From Crocinitomicaceae bacterium (GTDB lineage Bacteria; Bacteroidota; Bacteroidia; Flavobacteriales_D; Parvicellaceae), in contig JAYPLD010000004.1 in NCBI GenBank assembly GCA_038129265.1, positions 1-28,904 on the forward strand: 28,904 bases of DNA, in the 5' to 3' direction. This document shows, in pieces, positions 9,369 to 18,031 of the stretch. Both the position numbers and the translations under genes were made by a program. Within the stretch, counting starts at the first letter, position 1. Each line of letters starts with the position of its first letter. Under the pieces are notes generated by a model, which saw nothing but the letters and a program-made list of their open reading frames with translations, did no database searches and was not told where the DNA came from.

Positions 9369-10351
9369 CAGATTTTAGCCAACTCTGCCTTCAGGTAATC
9401 TATTACTTTTACCTCAACAGAATCAACTTTATTTAAATCAGCTAAATAAACAGAAATCCAATCGCCAAGAAGGATGTGATAAAAAGATTGTGCGATCAAA
9501 CTATTCCCCTTAGCATTACACTCTACAATGGAGGATGTTTTCTTTTCCATAATCTCTTTAGAAATGTTTAATCTAACTGATGATCGGGGGTGTTCATAAT
9601 CTGATCTGAACATTACCACAGCATATTCCTCTTTACCTCCTGCCCATCCCACAAGTTCATTGTGGTTCATTTCGGGGATTACGTGTTGCCATCCCAAACA
9701 TTTTGCATTTTCGTTGATTTGTTGTCTAAAGCGAGTGATTACTCCCTGCATGGACGAATCAGAATAGGCGATAGTAGTTCTAGTATGTAACATTAAAGCG
9801 ATCTGGTGTGCTAAATCTTTAATGCTGACTTCTTCCGATTCTAATAGCTTTACTGTCTCTTTCACTTCTTCTATAAAATGATCATTTATCAAATCGTAAT
9901 GATGAAACATAAATAATTGCTGAACTACGGAATAGGTTAACATGGCTCTAGGAGAAAAAGCTTCAGGTAAGGTGATCAAGTTGTACCCCATTTCCTTTGC
10001 AATTTCTGTTAGTTTACCTCCGGAAGTAATGCATGCAATCTCAGCGTTTTTATCTTGAGCTACCCTTAATGCTTCCAATGTTTCTTCTGTATTTCCAGAA
10101 AAACTAGACACAATGACCAACGTATTTTCACTTACAAACGTGGGTAAGGTATAGTCATTGTTAATACAAACTGGTATTTGAAGTTGATCTGATACAAGTT
10201 GTGTAGCTATCATTCCACCAATTCCGGATCCACCCAGTCCAGTGATGACCATATTTGATATGGGAGATTTTGCCGCTTTTAGATTTGCGTTTTGACCAAT
10301 TTCTAACGCTTCTGTTAACTGATTTGTAAACTGACTAACTAATCTTTGCAT
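9368..10351 (-). CDS. Bifunctional phosphoglucose/phosphomannose isomerase (SIS domain)
   Basis: GLGGSGIGG, SFSGNTEETL, ITSGGKL, PRA, INENAK, PEMNHNELVGW. Its stop overlaps the lipB start (TGATG). Confidence 0.88.
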   Translation of the reverse strand: MQRLVSQFTNQLTEALEIGQNANLKAAKSPISNMVITGLGGSGIGGMIATQLVSDQLQIPVCINNDYTLPTFVSENTLVIVSSFSGNTEETLEALRVAQDKNAEIACITSGGKLTEIAKEMGYNLITLPEAFSPRAMLTYSVVQQLFMFHHYDLINDHFIEEVKETVKLLESEEVSIKDLAHQIALMLHTRTTIAYSDSSMQGVITRFRQQINENAKCLGWQHVIPEMNHNELVGWAGGKEEYAVVMFRSDYEHPRSSVRLNISKEIMEKKTSSIVECNAKGNSLIAQSFYHILLGDWISVYLADLNKVDSVEVKVIDYLKAELAKI

Positions 10352-10363
10352 AATTTGAATAAT

Positions 10364-10792
10364 TTAAATGGTAGCTATGCATTTTAATTCAATGGCAATT
10401 GGGGTCGGCAAAGAATTAATGGCTACGGTTGTTCTACATGGCTGATTAGTACTAAAATAATCAGCATAAATTTTATTAAAAGTTTGAAAATCTCTTTTCA
10501 TATCCACTAAAAAAACAGTGATATCCACTAAGTTTTCCCAAGAAGAACCACTCTCTTCTAAGATGGTCTTTACGTTTTGGAAAACACTATGGCATTGTGC
10601 TTCAAAATCAAAAGACTTGAAATTACCATTGTGGTCCAATTCTAATCCAGGAACATGACTATCATTGGGTCCCGACCCTGCCTTTCTTGGGCCAACACCC
10701 GAAAGAAACAATAAGTTTCCTACTTTTCTTGCATGGGGATAAAGCCCTACCGGTTTGGGGGCATTTTCTGCATTTATTTTATTTGAACTCAT
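10364..10792 (-). CDS. RidA family protein, probable 2-aminomuconate deaminase (NbaF/AmnD-like)
   Basis: APKPVGLYPHARKVGNLLFLSGVGPR N-terminus is NbaF-like. Conserved Arg (PCRTT) and Glu (IELKC). Adjacent to the ALDH below. Confidence 0.82.
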   Translation of the reverse strand: MSSNKINAENAPKPVGLYPHARKVGNLLFLSGVGPRKAGSGPNDSHVPGLELDHNGNFKSFDFEAQCHSVFQNVKTILEESGSSWENLVDITVFLVDMKRDFQTFNKIYADYFSTNQPCRTTVAINSLPTPIAIELKCIATI

Positions 10793-10798
10793 GTTTTT

Positions 10799-12244
10799 TT
10801 AATTTAAACTAATACACACATTGGTTGGTTCAGTAAAAAATTGAAGTGCATAATAACCACCTTCTCTTCCTACTCCTGAATTCTTTACTCCACCAAAAGG
10901 AGTTCTTAAATCTCTAACCAGCCAGCAATTTATCCAAACAATTCCAGCTTTTAATTCTTGTGCCATTTTATTTGCCTTTGAAAGGTCTTTTGTCCAAACC
11001 GTACTGCTTAATCCATACTGTGTTCCGTTAGCATATTCTAATACTTCTTCTACCGTATCAAACGGGGATAACGTTACGACTGGTCCAAAAATTTCTTCTT
11101 GATTTGTTCTGCAATTTTGAGGTAATCCTTCAATTACAGTAGGAGAAACAAAAAATCCATTCTCGCATCTTCCTGAAAGTAAAATACGTTCTCCACCATG
11201 CAATATTATACCTCCCTCTTCTGTGGCTACTTTAATGTGTTGTAATACCTTATGCATATGATCTTCGGAAACTAATGCTCCTATTTGTGTAGATGCTGAA
11301 AGAGGATCCTGAACCACTAATTTTTTTACTTTTTTAAGAAAAGCTTCTTTGAATTTATCATATATCTTACGTTCAATGTAAATTCTAGAACCACATAAAC
11401 ATATTTGTCCTTGATTAGAAAATGAACTCAATACAGAAGTAGAAACCGCCTTTTCAAAATCGCAATCAGCAAATACAATGTTAGGATTCTTACCCCCCAA
11501 TTCTAAGCTCATTTTTTTAAACATAGGCGCTGCAACTTTAGCAATTTCTTTTCCAGTAGCTGTACCACCTGTAAAAGATATAGCTTTAATTTTTGGGTGT
11601 TTTGTTATGGCTGCACCAACTTTACCTCCATATCCGTGAACTATATTTAATACTCCTTCAGGGAGACCAGCTTCCTTACATATTTTTGAAAATAAGTAGG
11701 CGGTCATAGGAGTAACTTCTGAGGGTTTTGCGATTACAGTATTACCTGCGGCTAATGCAGGAGCAATCTTCCAAGTAAATAGATAAAGGGGTAGATTCCA
11801 TGGCGAAATACACCCCACAACTCCTATTGGTTTTCTTAAAGTATAATTGATCGCAACGTTGTTCATTTGATGGGAATCAGCAGAATCATGCTTTATGGCC
11901 GAAGCAAAAAAAGCTATGTTTTTTGCTGCTCTCGGAATGTCAATTTTCTTTGCTAAACTGAGCGGCTTACCGTTGTCTATACTTTCTGCCCTGGCTAAGT
12001 CATCTATATTTTTTAAAATCAGCTTAGCTATATTAGTTAAAACCTTTGATCGGTAATCAATTGATGAATTACTCCAATTATCAAAAGCCAATTCGGCAGC
12101 CTGTACGGCTTGTTCAACATCTTTATCTTTCGAGTCAGGGATTAAACTATATACTTTCCCAATAGAAGGATCCACATTGTTAATCCAACCTTTGTCCACA
12201 GATTCAATAAATTCTCCATTTATATAGTTTAGTATCTTATCCAT
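10799..12244 (-). CDS. Aldehyde dehydrogenase, probable 2-aminomuconate/2-hydroxymuconate semialdehyde dehydrogenase (ALDH8A1/NbaE-like)
   Basis: ISPWNLP, AKPSE, FTGGTATG, LELGGKNP (catalytic Glu), FSNQGQICLCGSR (catalytic Cys), EEIFGPV. Subfamily Arg motifs IDIPRA and WLVRDLRTPFGG. Confidence 0.87.
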   Translation of the reverse strand: MDKILNYINGEFIESVDKGWINNVDPSIGKVYSLIPDSKDKDVEQAVQAAELAFDNWSNSSIDYRSKVLTNIAKLILKNIDDLARAESIDNGKPLSLAKKIDIPRAAKNIAFFASAIKHDSADSHQMNNVAINYTLRKPIGVVGCISPWNLPLYLFTWKIAPALAAGNTVIAKPSEVTPMTAYLFSKICKEAGLPEGVLNIVHGYGGKVGAAITKHPKIKAISFTGGTATGKEIAKVAAPMFKKMSLELGGKNPNIVFADCDFEKAVSTSVLSSFSNQGQICLCGSRIYIERKIYDKFKEAFLKKVKKLVVQDPLSASTQIGALVSEDHMHKVLQHIKVATEEGGIILHGGERILLSGRCENGFFVSPTVIEGLPQNCRTNQEEIFGPVVTLSPFDTVEEVLEYANGTQYGLSSTVWTKDLSKANKMAQELKAGIVWINCWLVRDLRTPFGGVKNSGVGREGGYYALQFFTEPTNVCISLN

Positions 12245-12248
12245 AGGA

Positions 12249-12482
12249 TTACCTACAATTGTTTAGCGCTCCAAAAAAGACATCTAACTCGGGAGTCCCT
12301 TTTAAGTCATTGATGTTTGTTTGTAATAATTGTTCACAAGAATCCATTATTTGATTTCCCTTTTCAGAATCCCACTCTCTATGAACAAGCGTGTAGCAAT
12401 CACATAGTTCAGTTGCTGCTGGGTGTTCATTGGAACAAGAAAACAAAATCACAAATAGAGATATTGAACATACCTTTTTCAA
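12249..12482 (-). CDS. Small Cys-containing lipoprotein
   Basis: TTG at 12482 gives MKKVCSISLFVILFS-C (lipobox); the track start TTG 12491 is an alternative. Mature part has LCDC...C...CR. Confidence 0.65.
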   Translation of the reverse strand: MKKVCSISLFVILFSCSNEHPAATELCDCYTLVHREWDSEKGNQIMDSCEQLLQTNINDLKGTPELDVFFGALNNCR

Positions 12483-12493
12483 TTCAGCCAAAA

Positions 12494-13378
12494 TTAATTA
12501 TAAAATTCGGGTTTAAATTTAGTAATGGTAATCAAATTAGTTTTAAGATCTTGAGACAGAACTGTTTTTAAAATAAAGTTTGATTGATCATACAAAATTT
12601 CTTTGTGTTTTATACGCACGTTTTTTCTATACTCATCAATAAAACTGACATTTCCCCATTCATCGTAATTGTATAAAAACCCTTTAATTGGGATGGTGTC
12701 TTTATGATCATAATATTGTATAGATTTTAATAATCCTTTTTCATTATACGCAAATACTTCTTTAGAAACTTGATTATTAATAAGTAATTTATTTTCTACT
12801 TTAATCAGATAACCGAGAGTATTATAAAAGTGCTGTTGTCTTTGGTATGGTCTGCCATTACTGTTTAAAATTACCTTCGTTTGAGAAGAATCTGTAACCT
12901 CAGTTTTATATCCTTCTTCAAAAACTACGTATTGTTCACCCAGCTTAAAATTAATTTTAGACTTGTTGGCATTTTTTTCTCTAGCATACACTTTTTTAAC
13001 CATTTCGTTCTGGTCATTATATGTGTAGGTATAGGAATAAAACCCATAAGAATCACTGAATCTTTTTACAATCATATTTTTATTCTTATCGTATTCGTAG
13101 AAAATGAAACTGGTGTCATTTTTTGGATTAACCTGAAAAGACCCGCCTAAAGAGCCATTTTCATTAAAAAAATAAGCTTGTTTTTTTCCTGTTTGTTTTA
13201 TGGTGCCTAGTTCTTTTTTAGTTGAAATAGTTCCTGTCAACGATTTTAGCTTAACGGAACGGATAAACTTTTCATTAAAAAAAGGATGGTCACTAAATAT
13301 GGTGCCTTTTTCGTTTTCCATCATTTGACCAAAGCCAAGAATAGGGATTAAAACAGAAAGGATATTAAATAACTTCAT
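12494..13378 (-). CDS. Secreted hypothetical protein with degenerate YD/RHS-like beta-hairpin repeats
   Basis: Signal peptide MKLFNILSVLIPILGFG-Q. Recurring units YFFNENGSL, YEYDKNKNM, YTYNDQNEM, FYNTLGYL, FAYNEKGLL, YNYDEWGNV. Confidence 0.72.
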   Translation of the reverse strand: MKLFNILSVLIPILGFGQMMENEKGTIFSDHPFFNEKFIRSVKLKSLTGTISTKKELGTIKQTGKKQAYFFNENGSLGGSFQVNPKNDTSFIFYEYDKNKNMIVKRFSDSYGFYSYTYTYNDQNEMVKKVYAREKNANKSKINFKLGEQYVVFEEGYKTEVTDSSQTKVILNSNGRPYQRQQHFYNTLGYLIKVENKLLINNQVSKEVFAYNEKGLLKSIQYYDHKDTIPIKGFLYNYDEWGNVSFIDEYRKNVRIKHKEILYDQSNFILKTVLSQDLKTNLITITKFKPEFYN

Positions 13379-15287
13379 TGTAAAGTTTTATGGCGTCTTT
13401 TATGGATTCTACAGACTCAAAACAATATTGGTCACCACAGACAAATATATTTCTGTTCGTTGAATTATATTTTCCCTTAAATAAAGTTATTGACACTTCT
13501 TTCTCTAAAACATACGTAAAGTCTATTGATTTTATGTGTTGAATTAGATCACAAATAGTTGAAAAATCAACATTGCACATGACTATTTTAGGATTTGAAT
13601 GATCGTACTTTCGTTTAACATGCATCCAATTTGAGTAATTGGGCAACCATTTTTTAGCTTTTTCTGCAACCACATCAAACATTTGTAGGGCTAACTTCTG
13701 GTATTTTTCTATCCTAGTCACTTCAAAAAGAGTTAACAAATTCTGAGCCATTATTGAATTTGATGATGGTATGACCTGATCTTCCACTTCAAACTTTGCT
13801 TTATATAAGTTTTGCTCATTGGAGTAACGAAACAATTTTTTTTCATGATCAAAAAAATCATTAATTACCGCCTCCATTAGATGAATAGCTTTTTCAAAAT
13901 AAAAACCAGCATGGTGAATAGATCCCATTTTGATCATAGCTGCAATAAACCAAGCATAGTCTTCTAAACAACCTTCCTTCTTCCCATGATTATACCTAAC
14001 TCGATAAATGGTTGTATCCTCCAAAAAGACCGTTATCATTTTTTGTAATACGATTTCAGCTTCCTTAGCCCATTTTTCATTTTTGTAAGCAATAGCGGCA
14101 TCTATTAATCCAATGACCATGAGTGAATTCCAACTGCATATTTGTTTAAAATCTATTGCTGGACTTGGATGAGTCGCTCTTATCTCACTTAATTTTTTTT
14201 TGATTTTCTTTTTTTCTTTTGATACTTGATTTACATCTCCATGCAAATGCCATCTATCCTCCCATGGTTTATTGACTGATGAAATGAAATAAGTTTGAAA
14301 GTACTCTTGCTCTACTTTTGAAAAGTTCTTCAGAATTTCTTCTTGAGAAAAGGTATAATATTTTCCCTCTCCTTCAATATTATCTGCGTCAATTGATGAG
14401 GCAAATAAGGAAGTATAAAAATCCTTGTATAAGAAAGTAATCGTGTCGAATACGGGGTATTTATATCGGTTATTACTGTGAAGCAAATCATATCTAGATA
14501 ATAAAGAAATCAATTGCGCATTATCATACAACATTTTTTCAAAATGTGGAATGTGCCACTCTTTATCTACACAATACCTAAAAAATCCACCATCTAAATG
14601 ATCATATAAACCTCTATTTACAATAGCGTCTAATGACAATGTAACATGATGCTGAAATCTATCATCTGGGATATACATCAAAAAATGAGGAACAGTAGGC
14701 ATCGGGAATTTTTGAGAATAATTTAAATTACCGTGTTCTAAATCTAAAAATTTCACCCACTCCAACCAATCCTCTTGAACTTTGAAAATTTCAGTAGAAT
14801 ACGTTTTGTTTTGAAATTCTATTTGTTCAATTACATCTAAAGCAATGTCTTTTAGTTTTTGTGGATTTTCATTGTATAAGAACTGAAACCTGCTTAATAA
14901 TTGAATCCATTGATCCCTTTTAAAATAAGTCCCTGCATAAATGGGCTTTCCGTCAGGTAAAAGGATGCAATTTAGCGGCCAACCTCCATTACCTTTAGTC
15001 TCTAATAAGAAGTCCATGTAGACGTGATCCACATCTGGATGTTCTTCACGATCCACTTTTATGGAAATAAATTGGCTATTCATCAAGTTTGCCACTATTG
15101 AATCAGCAAATGTTTCTTTCTCCATGACATGACACCAATGACAAGCAGCATAGCCTATACTTAAAACAATTAATTTATCTTGCTGTTGAGCGCTTTCTAA
15201 TGTTTTCTGAGACCAGCTTTTCCAATGTATTGGATTTTGAGCGTGTTGTTTCAAATATAAACTTTCGGCTTTTTTAAGCTCGTTCAT
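13365..15287 (-). CDS. YyaL/SPATA20 family thioredoxin-domain (DUF255) plus (alpha/alpha)6-barrel protein
   Basis: YLKQHAQNPIHW, IGYAACHWCHVMEKETF, IKVDREEHPDVD, GGWPLN, PHFEKMLYDNAQL. Confidence 0.9.
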   Translation of the reverse strand: MNELKKAESLYLKQHAQNPIHWKSWSQKTLESAQQQDKLIVLSIGYAACHWCHVMEKETFADSIVANLMNSQFISIKVDREEHPDVDHVYMDFLLETKGNGGWPLNCILLPDGKPIYAGTYFKRDQWIQLLSRFQFLYNENPQKLKDIALDVIEQIEFQNKTYSTEIFKVQEDWLEWVKFLDLEHGNLNYSQKFPMPTVPHFLMYIPDDRFQHHVTLSLDAIVNRGLYDHLDGGFFRYCVDKEWHIPHFEKMLYDNAQLISLLSRYDLLHSNNRYKYPVFDTITFLYKDFYTSLFASSIDADNIEGEGKYYTFSQEEILKNFSKVEQEYFQTYFISSVNKPWEDRWHLHGDVNQVSKEKKKIKKKLSEIRATHPSPAIDFKQICSWNSLMVIGLIDAAIAYKNEKWAKEAEIVLQKMITVFLEDTTIYRVRYNHGKKEGCLEDYAWFIAAMIKMGSIHHAGFYFEKAIHLMEAVINDFFDHEKKLFRYSNEQNLYKAKFEVEDQVIPSSNSIMAQNLLTLFEVTRIEKYQKLALQMFDVVAEKAKKWLPNYSNWMHVKRKYDHSNPKIVMCNVDFSTICDLIQHIKSIDFTYVLEKEVSITLFKGKYNSTNRNIFVCGDQYCFESVESIKDAIKLYNEVI

Positions 15288-15289
15288 AG

Positions 15290-16297
15290 CTAATATTTAC
15301 TGGCTACCTTTTTAATTTCCTCTGCTATTTGCTCTCTTAACGATAATGGTGCAATCACTTCACAGTCACTACCATAACCTAAAATGGTCATTTTTAGTTC
15401 ATAAGTTACCAGTAAAAAGTAGGAAAAAAGATGGTCTCCATTATTATGTACTTCACTCAACTTTTGAGAATGATGTAATGGCTGTGATGTAAGGTATTTT
15501 GAAAGAATATTGTTGGTTTTAAGTATTATTTCTTGAGGTTTCTCATCAAAAACCGTAATACCTATAGAGTGCTGAAAAAAATAATCTGGATTAAAAGTAG
15601 CATCTACAGAAAATTGATTTTCCAACGTTTGCAAGTTTGAAATTCTATCCAGTCCAAATGTGATTACTTTATTTTTTAACTCACTTTTTCCTATGAGATA
15701 CCATCTGTTACGATATTCTTTTAGCAAATACGGATGAACTCGCCTAACCGTTTTTACATCTTTGATATAATTATAATATTCAAACTGCAATACATTTCTT
15801 TTCTTGATCGCTTCTAAAACAGATTCTAAATATTCATTCCCTGAAATAGTAGGTAATGTTTCGAATTGAATGTTATTTTCTGTGTTATTGAATTTTTGTT
15901 GAGAGGTAACTGCTCTATCTAATATTTTATCAATTGCAAACTGATACTGACTAAATAGACTTGTGCTTTTAAATTGATGTAAAATGGTAGATGCTGCCTT
16001 GATAGCCGAAATGTCTTTCTCCGTAAGTGGAACATCATCCATCGTAAATTCATCATTCGTATAGTAATATCCTTTTTCTCTTTTGCTGTAAGATATGGGG
16101 GCGTCATGCTCCATTCTCATAGCAAAAATGTCTTTTTCAATAGTGGAGTGGCAAATATGTAAACCTTCTGAAGTGCCATAAATTTCTTCCTCACATGCTT
16201 GCCTTAATTGTTCTTTTGTTGGGTAAGGATTATATTCATTTCGAATAGATCTATCTATGATTCTATATCTTAATAAAGCATTCTTAATGGCTGGCAT
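15290..16297 (-). CDS. WYL domain transcriptional regulator (wHTH-WYL-WCX)
   Basis: N-terminal KNALLRYRIID...STIEKDI..MR wHTH. WYL core VHPYLLKEYRNRWYLIG ... FGLDRI. WCX tail ILGYGSDCEVIAPLSLR. Confidence 0.93.
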   Translation of the reverse strand: MPAIKNALLRYRIIDRSIRNEYNPYPTKEQLRQACEEEIYGTSEGLHICHSTIEKDIFAMRMEHDAPISYSKREKGYYYTNDEFTMDDVPLTEKDISAIKAASTILHQFKSTSLFSQYQFAIDKILDRAVTSQQKFNNTENNIQFETLPTISGNEYLESVLEAIKKRNVLQFEYYNYIKDVKTVRRVHPYLLKEYRNRWYLIGKSELKNKVITFGLDRISNLQTLENQFSVDATFNPDYFFQHSIGITVFDEKPQEIILKTNNILSKYLTSQPLHHSQKLSEVHNNGDHLFSYFLLVTYELKMTILGYGSDCEVIAPLSLREQIAEEIKKVASKY

Positions 16298-16300
16298 TAT

Positions 16301-18031
16301 CTAAAATTGAAAATAAATAAATGGTTGTAGGCTTGTTGAAGCAATTTGGTAAATTAAAAATACCACTAGCAAAGATGTTAAAATCTGAAAACCTACATGT
16401 AGATTGGCAAAATAATTTCGATAATAACTTTTTACTTTTTCAGGAATAAAATGAATTATAAAGCCTATTAAAATGACCAATAACACCTCGTAATATGCAC
16501 TAACCACATCCGAGATTAATGCCCATCTAAAATCAAATATCAATTGATAAAGCATTTCATTTGCAGTGAACCATTCAGAAAGGATGTTATGACCACCGTC
16601 CATATCTTCCCAAGAATTGGTGGATCCGCTTCTAAACCAAATTCTCGTAAATGAGACAAAGTTAAAGGTGATTAGTATCCCCCAAGCCCTATTCCACCAT
16701 TTAGATTTATTACCCCAGGGGCTGAATTTTCTCCAAATTTTATAAATAACTATGCCCAATCCATTTAGACCTCCCCAGAGAACAAAATTCCAACTTGCTC
16801 CATGCCATAAGCCTCCCAATAACATGGTAAGCATTATGTTGACATTAGTAATATACCAGCCCTTAAACGATGGAATAAATTCCCCTAAAAGTTGAACAAG
16901 AAAAATTATAGATAATATTAAAAAGAGTAATACCCATGAACCACTTATTAAAAAAACAAATAGTACAATAAAGGAAAGTGCAATTACGCTGAATAACGAT
17001 CCTCTTCGGTTTCCTCCCATTGGGATATACAGGTAATCTTTTAACCAAGTTGACAAAGAAATATGCCATCGTTTCCAAAAATTACCACAATTATCAGCTT
17101 TGTATGGAGAATTGAAATTTTTTGGTAGATAAAACCCCATAATCATAGCAATTCCAATAGCAATATCCGTATACCCCGAAAAATCAGCATAAACTTGCAG
17201 TGAATAGCCATAAAGAGCCAATAAATTTTCTAGACCTGAGAACATGCTTGGGTTATCAAAAACTCTATCCACAAAATTAACTGCGATGTAATCTGCCAAA
17301 AGAAACTTTTTAAGCAGGCCATTTAGAATCCAAAACACAGCCATTCCAAATTCTTTTTTTGTGACGGCATATGGCTTGTAAATTTGAGGTATAAATTCTG
17401 ATGCCCTCACGATTGGCCCTGCAACCAACTGAGGAAAAAACGAGACATAAAAAGCAAAGTCAATTACATGAGAAACAGGCTTTAACTTCTTTCTGTAAAT
17501 ATCAATGGCATAGGACATTGTTTGAAAAGTATAGAATGATATACCAATTGGTAATAATATTTGATCTACTCGAAAGGTAGTGCCTGTAAGCTTATTGGTG
17601 GCAAGTGCAAAATGATTTATGGGGTGCCAAGAAGAATCAAAAATGGCATTGAAAGAATCCGCAAAGAAATAGGCATATTTGAAATACACTAATAAGGTTA
17701 GATTTAATGTAACACTCACTGCTAACCAAAGAGTGGATTTTAGTCCATCTAAATTTCGATAAATTCTTTGCCCAATTACAAAATCAAGGATGGTAGAAAA
17801 GAGTAAAATGGAGAAGAAGAACCCACTGGTTTTGTAATAGAAATATATGCTCACCAAGAAGAGAAATAAACTTCTAATTCGAAGCCTTTTGTGAAATAAG
17901 CTGTAACCTGCTAAAACAACAAGAAAGAATATCCAAAACGGATACTCCGTAAAAATCATTGGATGTTCCCCCTGATCTATAAAAGGAGAAAAGATCTTTG
18001 CTACAAATTTAGAAACGTCAAATTCTCCCAT
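16301..18031 (-). CDS. MBOAT family O-acyltransferase, AlgI/PatA type, with fused C-terminal FIYFQF motif
   Basis: LPIGISFYTFQ, SFFPQLVAGPIVRA, YADFSGYTD, NFNSPY, FWKRWHISLS.W.KDYLYIP, GGLWHGA (His410, codon 16802-16804), terminal PFIYFQF-stop. Confidence 0.93.
   Translation of the reverse strand: MGEFDVSKFVAKIFSPFIDQGEHPMIFTEYPFWIFFLVVLAGYSLFHKRLRIRSLFLFLVSIYFYYKTSGFFFSILLFSTILDFVIGQRIYRNLDGLKSTLWLAVSVTLNLTLLVYFKYAYFFADSFNAIFDSSWHPINHFALATNKLTGTTFRVDQILLPIGISFYTFQTMSYAIDIYRKKLKPVSHVIDFAFYVSFFPQLVAGPIVRASEFIPQIYKPYAVTKKEFGMAVFWILNGLLKKFLLADYIAVNFVDRVFDNPSMFSGLENLLALYGYSLQVYADFSGYTDIAIGIAMIMGFYLPKNFNSPYKADNCGNFWKRWHISLSTWLKDYLYIPMGGNRRGSLFSVIALSFIVLFVFLISGSWVLLFLILSIIFLVQLLGEFIPSFKGWYITNVNIMLTMLLGGLWHGASWNFVLWGGLNGLGIVIYKIWRKFSPWGNKSKWWNRAWGILITFNFVSFTRIWFRSGSTNSWEDMDGGHNILSEWFTANEMLYQLIFDFRWALISDVVSAYYEVLLVILIGFIIHFIPEKVKSYYRNYFANLHVGFQILTSLLVVFLIYQIASTSLQPFIYFQF

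Noticed and set aside
13365-16297. WYL gene as a marker of an anti-phage island
   Set aside because: No nuclease-ATPase, RM, BREX, CBASS, toxin-antitoxin or mobility genes nearby; flanks look like core genome.
12317-17078. Short ORFs 12317-12571, 12881-13150, 15919-16107, 16863-17078
   Set aside because: Overlap well-supported genes in other frames or on the opposite strand.
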